From IMG/VR virus record IMGVR_UViG_2852342079_000003: a stretch of 64,000 bases of DNA; one strand, written 5' to 3'. The DNA is from an uncultured virus (IMG/VR IMGVR_UViG_2852342079_000003). Lineage: Duplodnaviria > Heunggongvirae > Uroviricota > Caudoviricetes. This document shows positions 1-8,560 of the stretch, piece after piece. The stretch's first letter is position 1, and each line of letters opens with the position of its first letter. The translations under genes were made by a program, and so were the position numbers. The notes below the pieces were generated by a model. The model was not told where the DNA came from and did no database searches. It was given only the letters and a program-made list of their open reading frames with translations.

Positions 1-996
1 TCATAATTCAATATAGTCACTACCTCTATTATCAAGATACCTGTCAGTCATTTGCATGGACTTATGACCAAGTATCTTTTTGGCAAATTCGGCTCCTTTT
101 TCATCTTCATATAACCTTGCTGATAAACTCCTTATCTCATGGAATGTTGGCATATTGTCTTTTTGAGGTAAGGATTGCAAGAAAGCCTTTCTTATGGATT
201 GAGCTTTAACGCCACAGATAAAATCACCTTTCTTTTCTATATTACCAAGCACTTCTTTTATAGAGACATTAACAGCATCGATTTTTAAGGACGTCGGTAT
301 TGATATTTTTGCTCCCGTTTTAATTTGAGTTATATATATCCTATCATTTTTTATATCACTCCATTTCATATTTTCTATATCACTAATTCGTTGTGCTGTA
401 AGTAATGCTAGTAAAAATAAATTTTTGTATTTTTTATTTGTATGATTTATTGCGTAATTAAAATCATCCAAGGTTAATCTAGCTCTATTAACCTGTGTTT
501 TCGGTGCTCTAGTTACCGATACAGGGTTTTCATTTAGTAAACCTTCTGCTATAGCTTCATTAAATGCATCAAGCAGAGTGACCCTCATTAACTTTGCCAT
601 AGAGCGTTTAGAATAATTTGAGATAAAGCTAGCAATATCCTTTGTGGTTATTTCATTGAGCGGAGCGTCAGCAATATTTAACTTGATTATTTTTATTTTA
701 GAGTTGTAATCATATAACGTTTTTTTCCTCAATCCTCTTTTCTTTAACCCATCTTGATATTTATCCAACCATTCATGCAATGTTACACAGTGAACATTAT
801 TAATTCTGTCAACTAATGACTCTTTAGGTTTATAAATAGCTAAATTGGCTTGTATGGCTTCGGTTATTGCCAATGATTTGTTTGAGCCAACAGAAAATTC
901 CTTTTTAGTTCTTACATCCCTGTAATAGTAAATCCCTTTACGCAAATACAAGTTAGGCGGTAAACCCTTGTTCTTTGCACTTCTGCTTCTGCCCAT
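1..996 (-). CDS. int: Lambda-type tyrosine integrase
   Basis: N-terminal arm-binding domain (LPPNLY..YYYRD), TAQRISD, FHEIRSLSARLY, LGHKS..MT.RY catalytic motifs. Confidence 0.95.
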   Translation of the reverse strand: MGRSRSAKNKGLPPNLYLRKGIYYYRDVRTKKEFSVGSNKSLAITEAIQANLAIYKPKESLVDRINNVHCVTLHEWLDKYQDGLKKRGLRKKTLYDYNSKIKIIKLNIADAPLNEITTKDIASFISNYSKRSMAKLMRVTLLDAFNEAIAEGLLNENPVSVTRAPKTQVNRARLTLDDFNYAINHTNKKYKNLFLLALLTAQRISDIENMKWSDIKNDRIYITQIKTGAKISIPTSLKIDAVNVSIKEVLGNIEKKGDFICGVKAQSIRKAFLQSLPQKDNMPTFHEIRSLSARLYEDEKGAEFAKKILGHKSMQMTDRYLDNRGSDYIEL

Positions 997-1198
997 TAAT
1001 TTTCTCCATTAAATACTGCGGTTCCCTTACCATTTTGTCATTTGTTAGAATTGTCCACGGCTCTAACTCATATTCTCTACCAACCTTTTCTGGAGCAGGG
1101 TATAACCTACCTTCCTTTATATAGCGAGATAATTGCCGTTGACTTCTAGGGTTAGCGAAATATTTATTATTCCATTCTGATAATGTTATTCGCTTCAT
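953..1198 (-). CDS. xis: Excisionase
   Basis: ITLSEWN..PRS..L.RY..EGRLYPAPEKVGREY, lambda Xis-like, overlaps int start. Confidence 0.9.
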   Translation of the reverse strand: MKRITLSEWNNKYFANPRSQRQLSRYIKEGRLYPAPEKVGREYELEPWTILTNDKMVREPQYLMEKINGQKQKCKEQGFTA

Positions 1199-1539
1199 TG
1201 ATTATTCTCCGTATCCTTCATCATTAAAAAAACTTCCATAGCGCCACGGTATGGGTTTTTATTTACTGACATGAAGTCATAATCAAGGCAGTCAGCTGTC
1301 CATTTATTAGAATGGTACATTGGTGATAACCCTATTTTATTTTCAATAATAATCGGCATTGCGTCTGATGGGTTATTGCATGGGTCGAAAAAGCGATAAC
1401 CAAACGAGCCATCAACAAGGAATTGGATAATATCCATTGTTTGTTTAATTACATCGTATTGCGTTTCAGGTAAAACAGATTGAGCTACTAATAAATTAAT
1501 CTCGAAATCAGATAGTTCGGTGTATTTATTCATTATCAT
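1195..1539 (-). CDS. NinX-family (DUF2591-like) phage protein
   Basis: YTELSDFEINLLVA and FDPCNNPSDAMPII motifs. Confidence 0.75.
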   Translation of the reverse strand: MIMNKYTELSDFEINLLVAQSVLPETQYDVIKQTMDIIQFLVDGSFGYRFFDPCNNPSDAMPIIIENKIGLSPMYHSNKWTADCLDYDFMSVNKNPYRGAMEVFLMMKDTENNQ

Positions 1540-1702
1540 CTCCTAGTATTTCATTAATAGTATTTCTGATGTCAATTAAGTCTTGTTTTGTCACATCTAT
1601 ATTCCAAGATGGAGTATTTAAAACAAAGCAATCTTTTGTTGTAGGTTCAATCTCAATACAATCTTTGTAATTTTCTAAGCCAGCATAATATTTATCTTTC
1701 AT
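1526..1702 (-). CDS. Hypothetical phage protein
   Basis: ATG at 1702 preceded by GGAGAGG; conserved in prophage 2. Confidence 0.6.
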   Translation of the reverse strand: MKDKYYAGLENYKDCIEIEPTTKDCFVLNTPSWNIDVTKQDLIDIRNTINEILGDDNE

Positions 1703-1853
1703 TCCATACCTCTCCACAAACAACTTTAACATTCCTCACTGACATTAAATATTCAGCACGTTTATTGCATTCCGATTGCGTGTATATATCTTCCGTTACA
1801 GGTACAGTAGAACCCTGTATTAGCATGAGTAATACATATTCAATTATTTGCAT
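1692..1853 (-). CDS. Small hypothetical protein, 53 aa (MQIIEYVLLMLIQG...GEVWNER), not in ORF track
   Basis: Translated by hand; ORF conserved at 54775-54936. Confidence 0.6.
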   Translation of the reverse strand: MQIIEYVLLMLIQGSTVPVTEDIYTQSECNKRAEYLMSVRNVKVVCGEVWNER

Positions 1854-1877
1854 GAATTGTTACTCTGAATTTTAGGT

Positions 1878-1902
1878 ATAAAAAACCCTGCTAGTGCAGG
1901 GT
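1878..1902 (-). terminator. Intrinsic terminator after membrane moron
   Basis: ACCCTGC-ACTA-GCAGGGT followed by a T run on the minus strand. Confidence 0.7.
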
Positions 1903-1910
1903 GATGATTT

Positions 1911-2426
1911 TTAAATTTCATTAGCTCTTCTTTTTGCCTTCTTTGTTAATTTATCATAACAATAATTCATAACAAAAAAACTTATCAATGAGAAAAAGGC
2001 AATTAAAAAACTGAAATATGATATTAGAAAAAACATTCCAATAAACGGAAATGTAAATGATAGAAATTTAAACATACCAAAAATTCTATACTTGAAAATT
2101 ATTATTGTTTCTACTTTATCAAGCTCATTACTAGATGATATAAATAATGAGAAAAGAAAAAATGAATTTAATGAAAGAGACATGGAAAATGAAAATATTG
2201 ATAAATATATTTCTATTAACTCAATTACTCCAGCCGATTTAAAATTAAAACTTAGCATTCCTATAAAAAAAGTTGCTGAAATTATTGATAAGGATGCTGA
2301 TGATATAAAATAAAAATTGTACTCCTTATTTCTATAATTTTCATCGGCAAGTAGGTCGATCTTTTTTCGCATATAAGGCGTATGTGAAAATAGTTTTCGA
2401 TAAGATTTTATATGTTTATTTTCCAT
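1911..2426 (-). CDS. AT-rich multi-pass membrane protein (moron)
   Basis: About four hydrophobic segments, very low GC, own terminator. Confidence 0.65.
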   Translation of the reverse strand: MENKHIKSYRKLFSHTPYMRKKIDLLADENYRNKEYNFYFISSASLSIISATFFIGMLSFNFKSAGVIELIEIYLSIFSFSMSLSLNSFFLFSLFISSSNELDKVETIIIFKYRIFGMFKFLSFTFPFIGMFFLISYFSFLIAFFSLISFFVMNYCYDKLTKKAKRRANEI

Positions 2427-2466
2427 GATATTGATAAATATTTTTCAGGATTACGTTGTCATGACT

Positions 2467-2931
2467 TTACTTTTTTATATAGTGAAACTCAATAACCCAT
2501 ACCCAATCTTTATTCATCCAGCTATCAATTCCGTATATGCTAATCCATACAGCGGCGAATTCAGACGTGCATGAGTTCAATTTCCTATCGAGTCCTTCGG
2601 CTTTGGCATCGCTTTCGCTGATATCATTTACTTGCTGCAACCAAATATCAGTAATTTCAATTTTCCCTTTGATATTACCGTCCTTGTTTGCAATGTTGAT
2701 AATGTCGCCAATCTCACCATACGGGCAATCAACATCAACAAATCCATGCCGCCATGCTGCGCATACTTGCTCTGATAGTGTGTAACCACCTTGCCATGCG
2801 CTAAGATAGCGTAACCCATCTTCGGTTACTTTTGGTTGTGGTTTAATCGGCCTGCGTGTCTGCGTTTTTCTGCCATCTATGACAGCCTTTAGCATTACAT
2901 CGTTAAACTTGATTCTGTCTTTCATATTCAT
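2467..2931 (-). CDS. ASCH-like phage protein
   Basis: GRKTQTRR motif, ISESDAKAEG, WVWVIEF ending. Confidence 0.7.
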   Translation of the reverse strand: MNMKDRIKFNDVMLKAVIDGRKTQTRRPIKPQPKVTEDGLRYLSAWQGGYTLSEQVCAAWRHGFVDVDCPYGEIGDIINIANKDGNIKGKIEITDIWLQQVNDISESDAKAEGLDRKLNSCTSEFAAVWISIYGIDSWMNKDWVWVIEFHYIKK

Positions 2932-2963
2932 TCCTCTTCATTACATCCCTGCGAGTTAAATTA

Positions 2964-3143
2964 TCATGCGAATTTTGGTAGCTTATTACCTGTAAGTTCC
3001 TCTGCGTCCTTCATAAAGTCGGTGGCTTGCTCTTCCATTCCAACGCCGAAATCATATTTATGAACCGCTTTAGCCATTAAGAAAGCGCCAGCAAAAAGCA
3101 CTTCTTTCAACTTTTCATTTTCTTCTTTGAGTTTATCTGTCAT
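2964..3143 (-). CDS. Hypothetical protein (MTDKLKEE...)
   Basis: ATG at 3143 after CAGGAG RBS. Confidence 0.6.
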   Translation of the reverse strand: MTDKLKEENEKLKEVLFAGAFLMAKAVHKYDFGVGMEEQATDFMKDAEELTGNKLPKFA

Positions 3144-3210
3144 ATCTATCTCCTGTTTGCATCCTTGCACTGAGTAATGGTTATATTCTTTGGTTAAACG
3201 GGTAGGGTGG

Positions 3211-3639
3211 TCAAAACGGGATATCAGAGTCATCGAAATCCATTGGTGGCTGACTACTCTGTGCTTGCGGTTGCTGTGGTTGTCCCCATCCTTGAGACTG
3301 TGACTTCTGGCTTCCTGCCTGATTACCACCGTTACCGCCAAAATCCAATTGGTTAACGACAATTACTGGAGCTGATTTCTTCTCGCCACTCTGGCTTGTC
3401 CATTCTTCCATGACGAACTCACCAGTAACCGTAACCTTTGTTCCTTTGGTTAAGTATTCAGGTAGCTTTTCAGCTTTAGAACCAAACATCTTACAGATAA
3501 CCCAAGATACTTTTTCGTGCTCTCCGTAACCTTGTTTCACTGGCAAACTAAAAGATGCAACCGCTTTACCATTTGGCGTCCATCGCTGTTCGCAATCTTT
3601 ACCTAAGTTTCCACTTGCCGTTATTGTGTTAATTGCCAT
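3211..3639 (-). CDS. ssb: Single-stranded DNA-binding protein
   Basis: GNLGKD OB-fold start, acidic DFDDSDIPF tail. Confidence 0.9.
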   Translation of the reverse strand: MAINTITASGNLGKDCEQRWTPNGKAVASFSLPVKQGYGEHEKVSWVICKMFGSKAEKLPEYLTKGTKVTVTGEFVMEEWTSQSGEKKSAPVIVVNQLDFGGNGGNQAGSQKSQSQGWGQPQQPQAQSSQPPMDFDDSDIPF

Positions 3640-4327
3640 ATACACTCCATTGATTGCCAAATTGAATGCCTAACTTGTTTAACCCCTGATCCATTACCTC
3701 AATGAACTCAGGTACTAACTCGTCGAATTCTTTCATCATTTTTTCGTCACGCTCAACAGGGAAATATGCGATTTCTTTCCCTGCCGGCATGCGTGGGTCA
3801 AAATTTGCAAAGTGCCAGATATCCTTACCTGTAACCCACATGGAATATTGAACTTGAGCCACATATTCCTTTTTCATTGCATCGATTCCATTCAATGCCA
3901 AGTCTATAAATACGTCCGTGTTATTAGGGCATTTAAGCTCTAATCCAGAGCCATCACTGCAAATGCCGTCTGGTGAGCAAGCCATCCGTAGTTGCTCATC
4001 TTTAAATATTATTGGCACTTCCTTTACCGTTAATCCGGTGTAAAACTCGAATGTCATCCTTGCTTCTAGTTCGTAGTTTTTACCCCAGTCCAGCGTCCTT
4101 GCTGATACTTCCTTGTAAACTCCTGTACAGACTTCACCAATAAGTGTGTTTAAATATGTTTTCTTTGTGTCTGTCCATTTTTTCCCTGACTTTGGCTTAG
4201 AGATAACTTTCCATGCCTCAGAGGCGGTTACAACACCGAGCCTGATAGACATCCATTCTTCGCTTCCTTGCTCTATTTTGGTTAAATCGATGCCTGTTTT
4301 GCTTAGAATGATGTCATTACTAATCAT
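3629..4327 (-). CDS. Lambda-type (YqaJ family) exonuclease
   Basis: QGSEEW..RLGV.TAS, CSPDG, ELKCP, QVQYSMWVTG motifs. Confidence 0.9.
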   Translation of the reverse strand: MISNDIILSKTGIDLTKIEQGSEEWMSIRLGVVTASEAWKVISKPKSGKKWTDTKKTYLNTLIGEVCTGVYKEVSARTLDWGKNYELEARMTFEFYTGLTVKEVPIIFKDEQLRMACSPDGICSDGSGLELKCPNNTDVFIDLALNGIDAMKKEYVAQVQYSMWVTGKDIWHFANFDPRMPAGKEIAYFPVERDEKMMKEFDELVPEFIEVMDQGLNKLGIQFGNQWSVYGN

Positions 4328-5208
4328 TTCCCTTCTGCCTTTTTCCTTAGCATGTCGATAATGGTATTGGCTTCAAATGCGGTTAATTGCTCTGGATGGG
4401 ATATTTGATGGTTGAATTTTTTACTAATGAATGTGAAAAAAGCATCACTCCACTCGCCATTAACTTTAAGCATCAAGTCCGTGATAGCCTTTAATTGATC
4501 TTCACTTGCTGGCGTTATGTCCTTTGCTTTATTTGCTGGCACATCAAAATCATTGCCTTCGCCTGCCTCGGTGTTCACATAATCAATGGCTTGATCTAAC
4601 CTTTCACGACGAGGCCAGTATTTACTTGCTCTTTTCACGATTGTTTTACGAGCCATCTCATCCCACCATGTTTTCCATGGCCCATTTCTTGATTTACTTG
4701 TAGCTTCAACAGCTTTTATCTCATCTAGCCTCATCTCTTCCGTGAGATAGTCACCACTTGCTGTTTTCACTGTGCAATAACCACCAATAACACTACCTCT
4801 GTCACTAAATGCGTTATATTTGTGGGTTGGTGGGGTGTCTAGACCATTGGATTCATAAACGTCATTTTCATGCACTAACTTGCATTGACCCCATTCGATA
4901 GCTTGAGTCGCTTGAGCTAAGTGCATAAGCCCCATGTAGCTAATATCAAGGCAAACAAAACCTTTCCTTGGCACTAAATACGCCAGTTTGCTTGCTGGAT
5001 TCAATGTGATCCCAATCGCTGCGACGTTAATAATGGCGTTCTGTGCGCTAGCGGGGTTTTCCATAGCCACTCTTGCTAGCTCATCATTTCGTTGAAACGC
5101 TTGGATTGCGAACTGGCTTTCCTTAGCCCATGTGATCGTTTGATCTGTCAGTGCGTTACAAAACAATGGTTCTTGTTGCTGCACAAACTCAATAATTGAC
5201 GTGCTCAC
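4324..5208 (-). CDS. RecT-family single-strand annealing protein
   Basis: LNPA.KLAYLVPR, ISYMGL, PW.TWWDEMARKT.VKRASKYWP. Confidence 0.85.
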   Translation of the reverse strand: MSTSIIEFVQQQEPLFCNALTDQTITWAKESQFAIQAFQRNDELARVAMENPASAQNAIINVAAIGITLNPASKLAYLVPRKGFVCLDISYMGLMHLAQATQAIEWGQCKLVHENDVYESNGLDTPPTHKYNAFSDRGSVIGGYCTVKTASGDYLTEEMRLDEIKAVEATSKSRNGPWKTWWDEMARKTIVKRASKYWPRRERLDQAIDYVNTEAGEGNDFDVPANKAKDITPASEDQLKAITDLMLKVNGEWSDAFFTFISKKFNHQISHPEQLTAFEANTIIDMLRKKAEGK

Positions 5209-5456
5209 AATACCTCCTTATCTATCCCAATCTGTATTGCTGTTCTAATTCCATCTAAAACTGCATCAAGTGCTTGGGGGCTAATTTCAAATACCGGATT
5301 TAACTTCCTTGCCAAATCCATGCACAGTAGTTCTTCGGGCAGGCTATCCATAACCTCATCAACTGATATTTTATCTTCCTGAGAATTAACAAACGCTTCT
5401 CGTTCCATTTGGCGTTCGTACCAGTCGTTTCTGAGTCCGTATGTATTCGTTAACAT
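5205..5456 (-). CDS. Hypothetical phage protein
   Basis: GGAGG RBS, coupled to recT. Confidence 0.6.
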   Translation of the reverse strand: MLTNTYGLRNDWYERQMEREAFVNSQEDKISVDEVMDSLPEELLCMDLARKLNPVFEISPQALDAVLDGIRTAIQIGIDKEVL

Positions 5457-5465
5457 AGAGCCTCC

Positions 5466-5642
5466 TTAGGTAAACGCGCGCTCCTTGCGTGTGTTAATTT
5501 CATGCTGAATGAGGTTTGTGCGCTCCATAGACACTTTCATTTTCCATTGAAAAACTAAGTCGTCGATTTGCTCATTTGTCATTTCAGACTCTCGCAATAG
5601 TGCGAATATCTGATGTTTTATGTGTTTCTGCTTTGCGTTCAT
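5466..5642 (-). CDS. Hypothetical protein, 58 aa (MNAKQKHIKHQIF...), not in ORF track
   Basis: Translated by hand; GGAG RBS; stop abuts next RBS. Confidence 0.55.
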   Translation of the reverse strand: MNAKQKHIKHQIFALLRESEMTNEQIDDLVFQWKMKVSMERTNLIQHEINTRKERAFT

Positions 5643-5766
5643 GCTGTACTCCGTATGCTGTTTTTAATGTTTCGTTTGCTTCGCTCCATCCGTCCTCGTC
5701 CGTGAGAGATAAAGCAATTCCAGCTTTACTTTGGGCTACACGTAATTTGTATTTATCAATATTCAT
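5584..5766 (-). CDS. Hypothetical protein in the kil/cIII-like position
   Basis: GAGG RBS; position in the pL operon. Confidence 0.45.
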   Translation of the reverse strand: MNIDKYKLRVAQSKAGIALSLTDEDGWSEANETLKTAYGVQHERKAETHKTSDIRTIARV

Positions 5767-6114
5767 GCTTACCTCTGGATGTGCGAAATCTGCGCTAATC
5801 TTGCGATAGCGATTGTTATTTGGTTTCTCTGGTGTTGGTGCGGTAGGTTAATTACCTGATGCGCTCAGGCTAGCAAGCCAGCTTACATAAATCCTCCGAT
5901 TCAAACGGTGCTTAGTAAATATGGCGAGACCGATTTATCGCCTTTGGTTTATTGGTCTAAAAAAGCTATCTCACCACAGCCCACCTTGATGGACTGTAAT
6001 TAGTTAACTGTGCCTGCTTTTAACCACGTCAGGCGAGGTGGTTCCTTACATTCCCCAATGCAAGAAATTTGTGTATAATTTAATCACCCCAATGCAAAGA
6101 AAAGGATTGAACTA

Positions 6115-6330
6115 ATGAGTATTAAAGTAATTTCTGATGACAACCCTGTTAAACGAGTTGCTTTTGATATGGCGCTAGCTTTAGCCGTTAAACAGGATTC
6201 TATTAAAACTCCTGAGCAACTTATGGCTGAAATTGAATCGCTTTATCCTGAGTGTTTAGAAGTGGCTGAAAAGCAATACAAAAAAGAGACTCCACCTCCA
6301 ATGGGGGTTTTGCTAAAAAGTACAATCTAA
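6115..6330 (+). CDS. Small hypothetical protein antisense to the pL operon (moron)
   Basis: AAGGA RBS, upstream TG-TGTATAAT -10-like element. Confidence 0.6.
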   Translation: MSIKVISDDNPVKRVAFDMALALAVKQDSIKTPEQLMAEIESLYPECLEVAEKQYKKETPPPMGVLLKSTI

Positions 6331-6542
6331 GACTTTAATTTCTCTATCTTTATGTGATGCATTTTTAAAAACTCTTCTAGCGGAACTAAGTCCATAATGG
6401 TTGTTCCGCAATTTAGAGTTAATTTAGTGATTGGTTGCCCATCTGACAAAGTCTCTTCCTTTATTGAAGAAATACTTTCTGTCTTAAAGAAAATTCTTGC
6501 TCCGTCATTTCTTAGATATTCATACATTTTTAAGTTAATCAT
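6327..6542 (-). CDS. Hypothetical protein
   Basis: ORF immediately after the N-like gene. Confidence 0.5.
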   Translation of the reverse strand: MINLKMYEYLRNDGARIFFKTESISSIKEETLSDGQPITKLTLNCGTTIMDLVPLEEFLKMHHIKIEKLKS

Positions 6543-6550
6543 GTTTAATC

Positions 6551-6862
6551 CTATCTCGCCGTAACCCCGAACCCACTGCTCGGCTGTTTTGTTTTAACTC
6601 CTGAAAATACTGCTACATTAGGTAAGCAACAGTTATCTCCACTTGGATAATGCTTTGTTGGTTTGAGAGAGAGAACAGGGCGTTCTTTCTTCTCTTTCAC
6701 TGAGTTAGCTTTAGCAATTTCTTCTTCTTTCAGTTTGTTAGCTCTGAAAGATGCATATCTAGCGTATTGCCTAGCCTTGAATGAGTTGCTGTTAACTTTC
6801 TTAACGCTAACTGGTGTTGGGTTGCCTTTAAATTTTTTTGGTGGTTGATAGTAAATTTCCAC
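6551..6862 (-). CDS. N-like transcription antiterminator
   Basis: First pL gene; basic ARM-like segment NSFKARQYARYASFR and C-terminal CLPNVAVF..VTAR resembling lambdoid N proteins; boxA upstream. Confidence 0.6.
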   Translation of the reverse strand: MEIYYQPPKKFKGNPTPVSVKKVNSNSFKARQYARYASFRANKLKEEEIAKANSVKEKKERPVLSLKPTKHYPSGDNCCLPNVAVFSGVKTKQPSSGFGVTAR

Positions 6863-7088
6863 ATAACCTCCGTTATTCTTTTACTTACCATAGACCACTC
6901 ATTGAATGACCTAGAATTAGTATTCTTGCGCTTACATACCTAACATCTGCCAGTGTTGCCTATTCCTATCTGTAATCACTCTCGTGCAGTAGTAACATTC
7001 TCACTAGCCAGATCGTGCCTAGTGATACGTCGCATTTTTGCGTAAGGGTCTAAACAGGGTAGGTATGCTGTTCCGACTTTCCAAATTA

Positions 7089-7098
7089 TTAAAGAACA
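7089..7098 (-). promoter_or_regulatory. boxA-like element (nutL)
   Basis: TGTTCTTTAA on the minus strand just downstream of pL. Confidence 0.5.
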
Positions 7099-7141
7099 TT
7101 AGGCTGTTTTTCATGTTGCTTGCCTTTGATGAGTTATATTT

Positions 7142-7179
7142 AAAACTATAGTTGTTTTATTGTCAACAACCAAAGTTGT
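7142..7179. promoter_or_regulatory. OL operators / pL
   Basis: AAAACTATAGTTGT (7142-7155) and ACAACCAAAGTTGT (7166-7179), same 14-bp ACAA-N6-TTGT pattern as OR. Confidence 0.75.
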
Positions 7180-7293
7180 TTATAGTTGTGTTTTTATATT
7201 GGTTTGGTTTTATTTGGTTGTTTTTGTTGGTAATTTATTTTCAAATAAATCTCAGTTTGGAACTCAGATCACTTCTTTGGCAGGGAGAGGGCA

Positions 7294-7319
7294 CAAAAAA
7301 GCCCTCGCGGGGAGGGCTA
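7294..7319 (-). terminator. Terminator of the cI-protease transcript (t-imm-like)
   Basis: AGCCCTC-CCCGC-GAGGGCT followed by a T run on the minus strand. Confidence 0.75.
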
Positions 7320-7330
7320 GATAAATGGAG

Positions 7331-7510
7331 TTATCTAAAATTTAATCTACTCATAGCAGAGGATGAGTTATTGAAAATATCAATTGAACCAAAATTATTT
7401 TTATCTCCAGAGAATATTTTCTTTTCATCTGGAATGGTTATTTCTTTAATAGATTTATTCTGATTTGCTTTTGCTGTTAACTCTGCTTTTTTTGGGTTTT
7501 TCGCTGTCAT
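7331..7510 (-). CDS. Small basic peptide (59 aa) overlapping the protease 3' end
   Basis: ATG at 7510 after AAGGAAGAAAGAG; ends just before the terminator. Confidence 0.45.
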   Translation of the reverse strand: MTAKNPKKAELTAKANQNKSIKEITIPDEKKIFSGDKNNFGSIDIFNNSSSAMSRLNFR

Positions 7511-8423
7511 CTCTTTCTTCCTTAATTTCTTCAACTGGTTGTTGTTCCGATTGAGCTGCCTCTTTTTTTCTTTGTTCTGTCATCTCCCTTATGATAGAGA
7601 GATTTAATACAAGACAACTTCTTGATCTTGTTTTGAATTGCTGATTTACAAAAGATACAATATCTGCTTGGGCTTCATCAAGTGGAGGTGATACATTCTT
7701 GAAGAGTTTAGAAGCCTCTTTCCTATCAATAACGAATGAATGTGATGGATACCCTGCTACTAATTCGTTCATTGCATTGTCTTGTAGTATATGGTCATAT
7801 TCGTTCAGCCTTTCGCCATATGACTCAGCAATTTGAACAGCTCGCTGAACCTCACCTAATTTTATTGGATCAAGTTGAGCATATATCTTAGAAAATAGTC
7901 CTGTCGTCAAGTTAGATGAAAATTCCGCAGCCATTTTTGCTGTAACACCGAAATTTGATTTCATATCTAACAAGTAGTCTTTAAAAGCTGATTTTGCGAA
8001 GTGTTGCAACCCAGATAAAGCTTGATAGTAGTCAAGAGCAGAACTATTTTCGAACATTTCATCTTGTTTCCGCAGCTGAACATCTAGCGGGCCTAGCTCT
8101 CCACAATCACCAATTATTAAATTAGTTGCACCAATTGTTATAAGCGTACCAGCACTTTTGCAGTCACTAGGTATTATTATTGTTAATTTTTTATAGTTAT
8201 GCCTGATAGCTCTTGCAATTCTATAAGCTGCGTTTGGATCACCTCCGTATGTGAGCAAGATAAGTATAGCATCCTTTTCTGGATTTGACTGCCTACATAA
8301 TGATGTTATTTTTTCATATCCATTCCAGTTTATTGGTCCATTGTAATAAAGTAGGTCATGAGTATCTTTATACGGTAGAGATAGATTTTGAAATACATCA
8401 AACATAGATTGGTTATCTGACAT
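7455..8423 (-). CDS. SDH-family Clp-fold serine protease
   Basis: TYGGDPNAAYRIAR, CKSAGTL nucleophile motif, ELGPLDVQ, YPSHSFVIDR motifs. Confidence 0.8.
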   Translation of the reverse strand: MSDNQSMFDVFQNLSLPYKDTHDLLYYNGPINWNGYEKITSLCRQSNPEKDAILILLTYGGDPNAAYRIARAIRHNYKKLTIIIPSDCKSAGTLITIGATNLIIGDCGELGPLDVQLRKQDEMFENSSALDYYQALSGLQHFAKSAFKDYLLDMKSNFGVTAKMAAEFSSNLTTGLFSKIYAQLDPIKLGEVQRAVQIAESYGERLNEYDHILQDNAMNELVAGYPSHSFVIDRKEASKLFKNVSPPLDEAQADIVSFVNQQFKTRSRSCLVLNLSIIREMTEQRKKEAAQSEQQPVEEIKEERDDSEKPKKSRVNSKSKSE

Positions 8424-8560
8424 TAAAGATATCCTTATTGCTTAACTAAAAACAAAGAATTCTCTATATAGAGAGCCATCCATCTGGTGCTAAAATAAGT
8501 TATCTGTTAATATTATTATGTTTAGAACCACACCCTAAAACGTGTCGTCAGGCCATTGTG

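Noticed and set aside
2092..2313. Plus-strand 73-aa ORF inside the membrane moron
   Set aside because: Antisense shadow expected from Phe/Ser/Ile-rich AT-biased codons
5883..5897. GGAGG followed by ATG-TAA on the minus strand (start-stop minigene)
   Set aside because: Could equally be part of a decayed small ORF in another frame; no supporting evidence
7152..7463. Plus-strand hydrophobic ORF over OL
   Set aside because: Overlaps operators and terminator, TTG start without RBS; likely spurious
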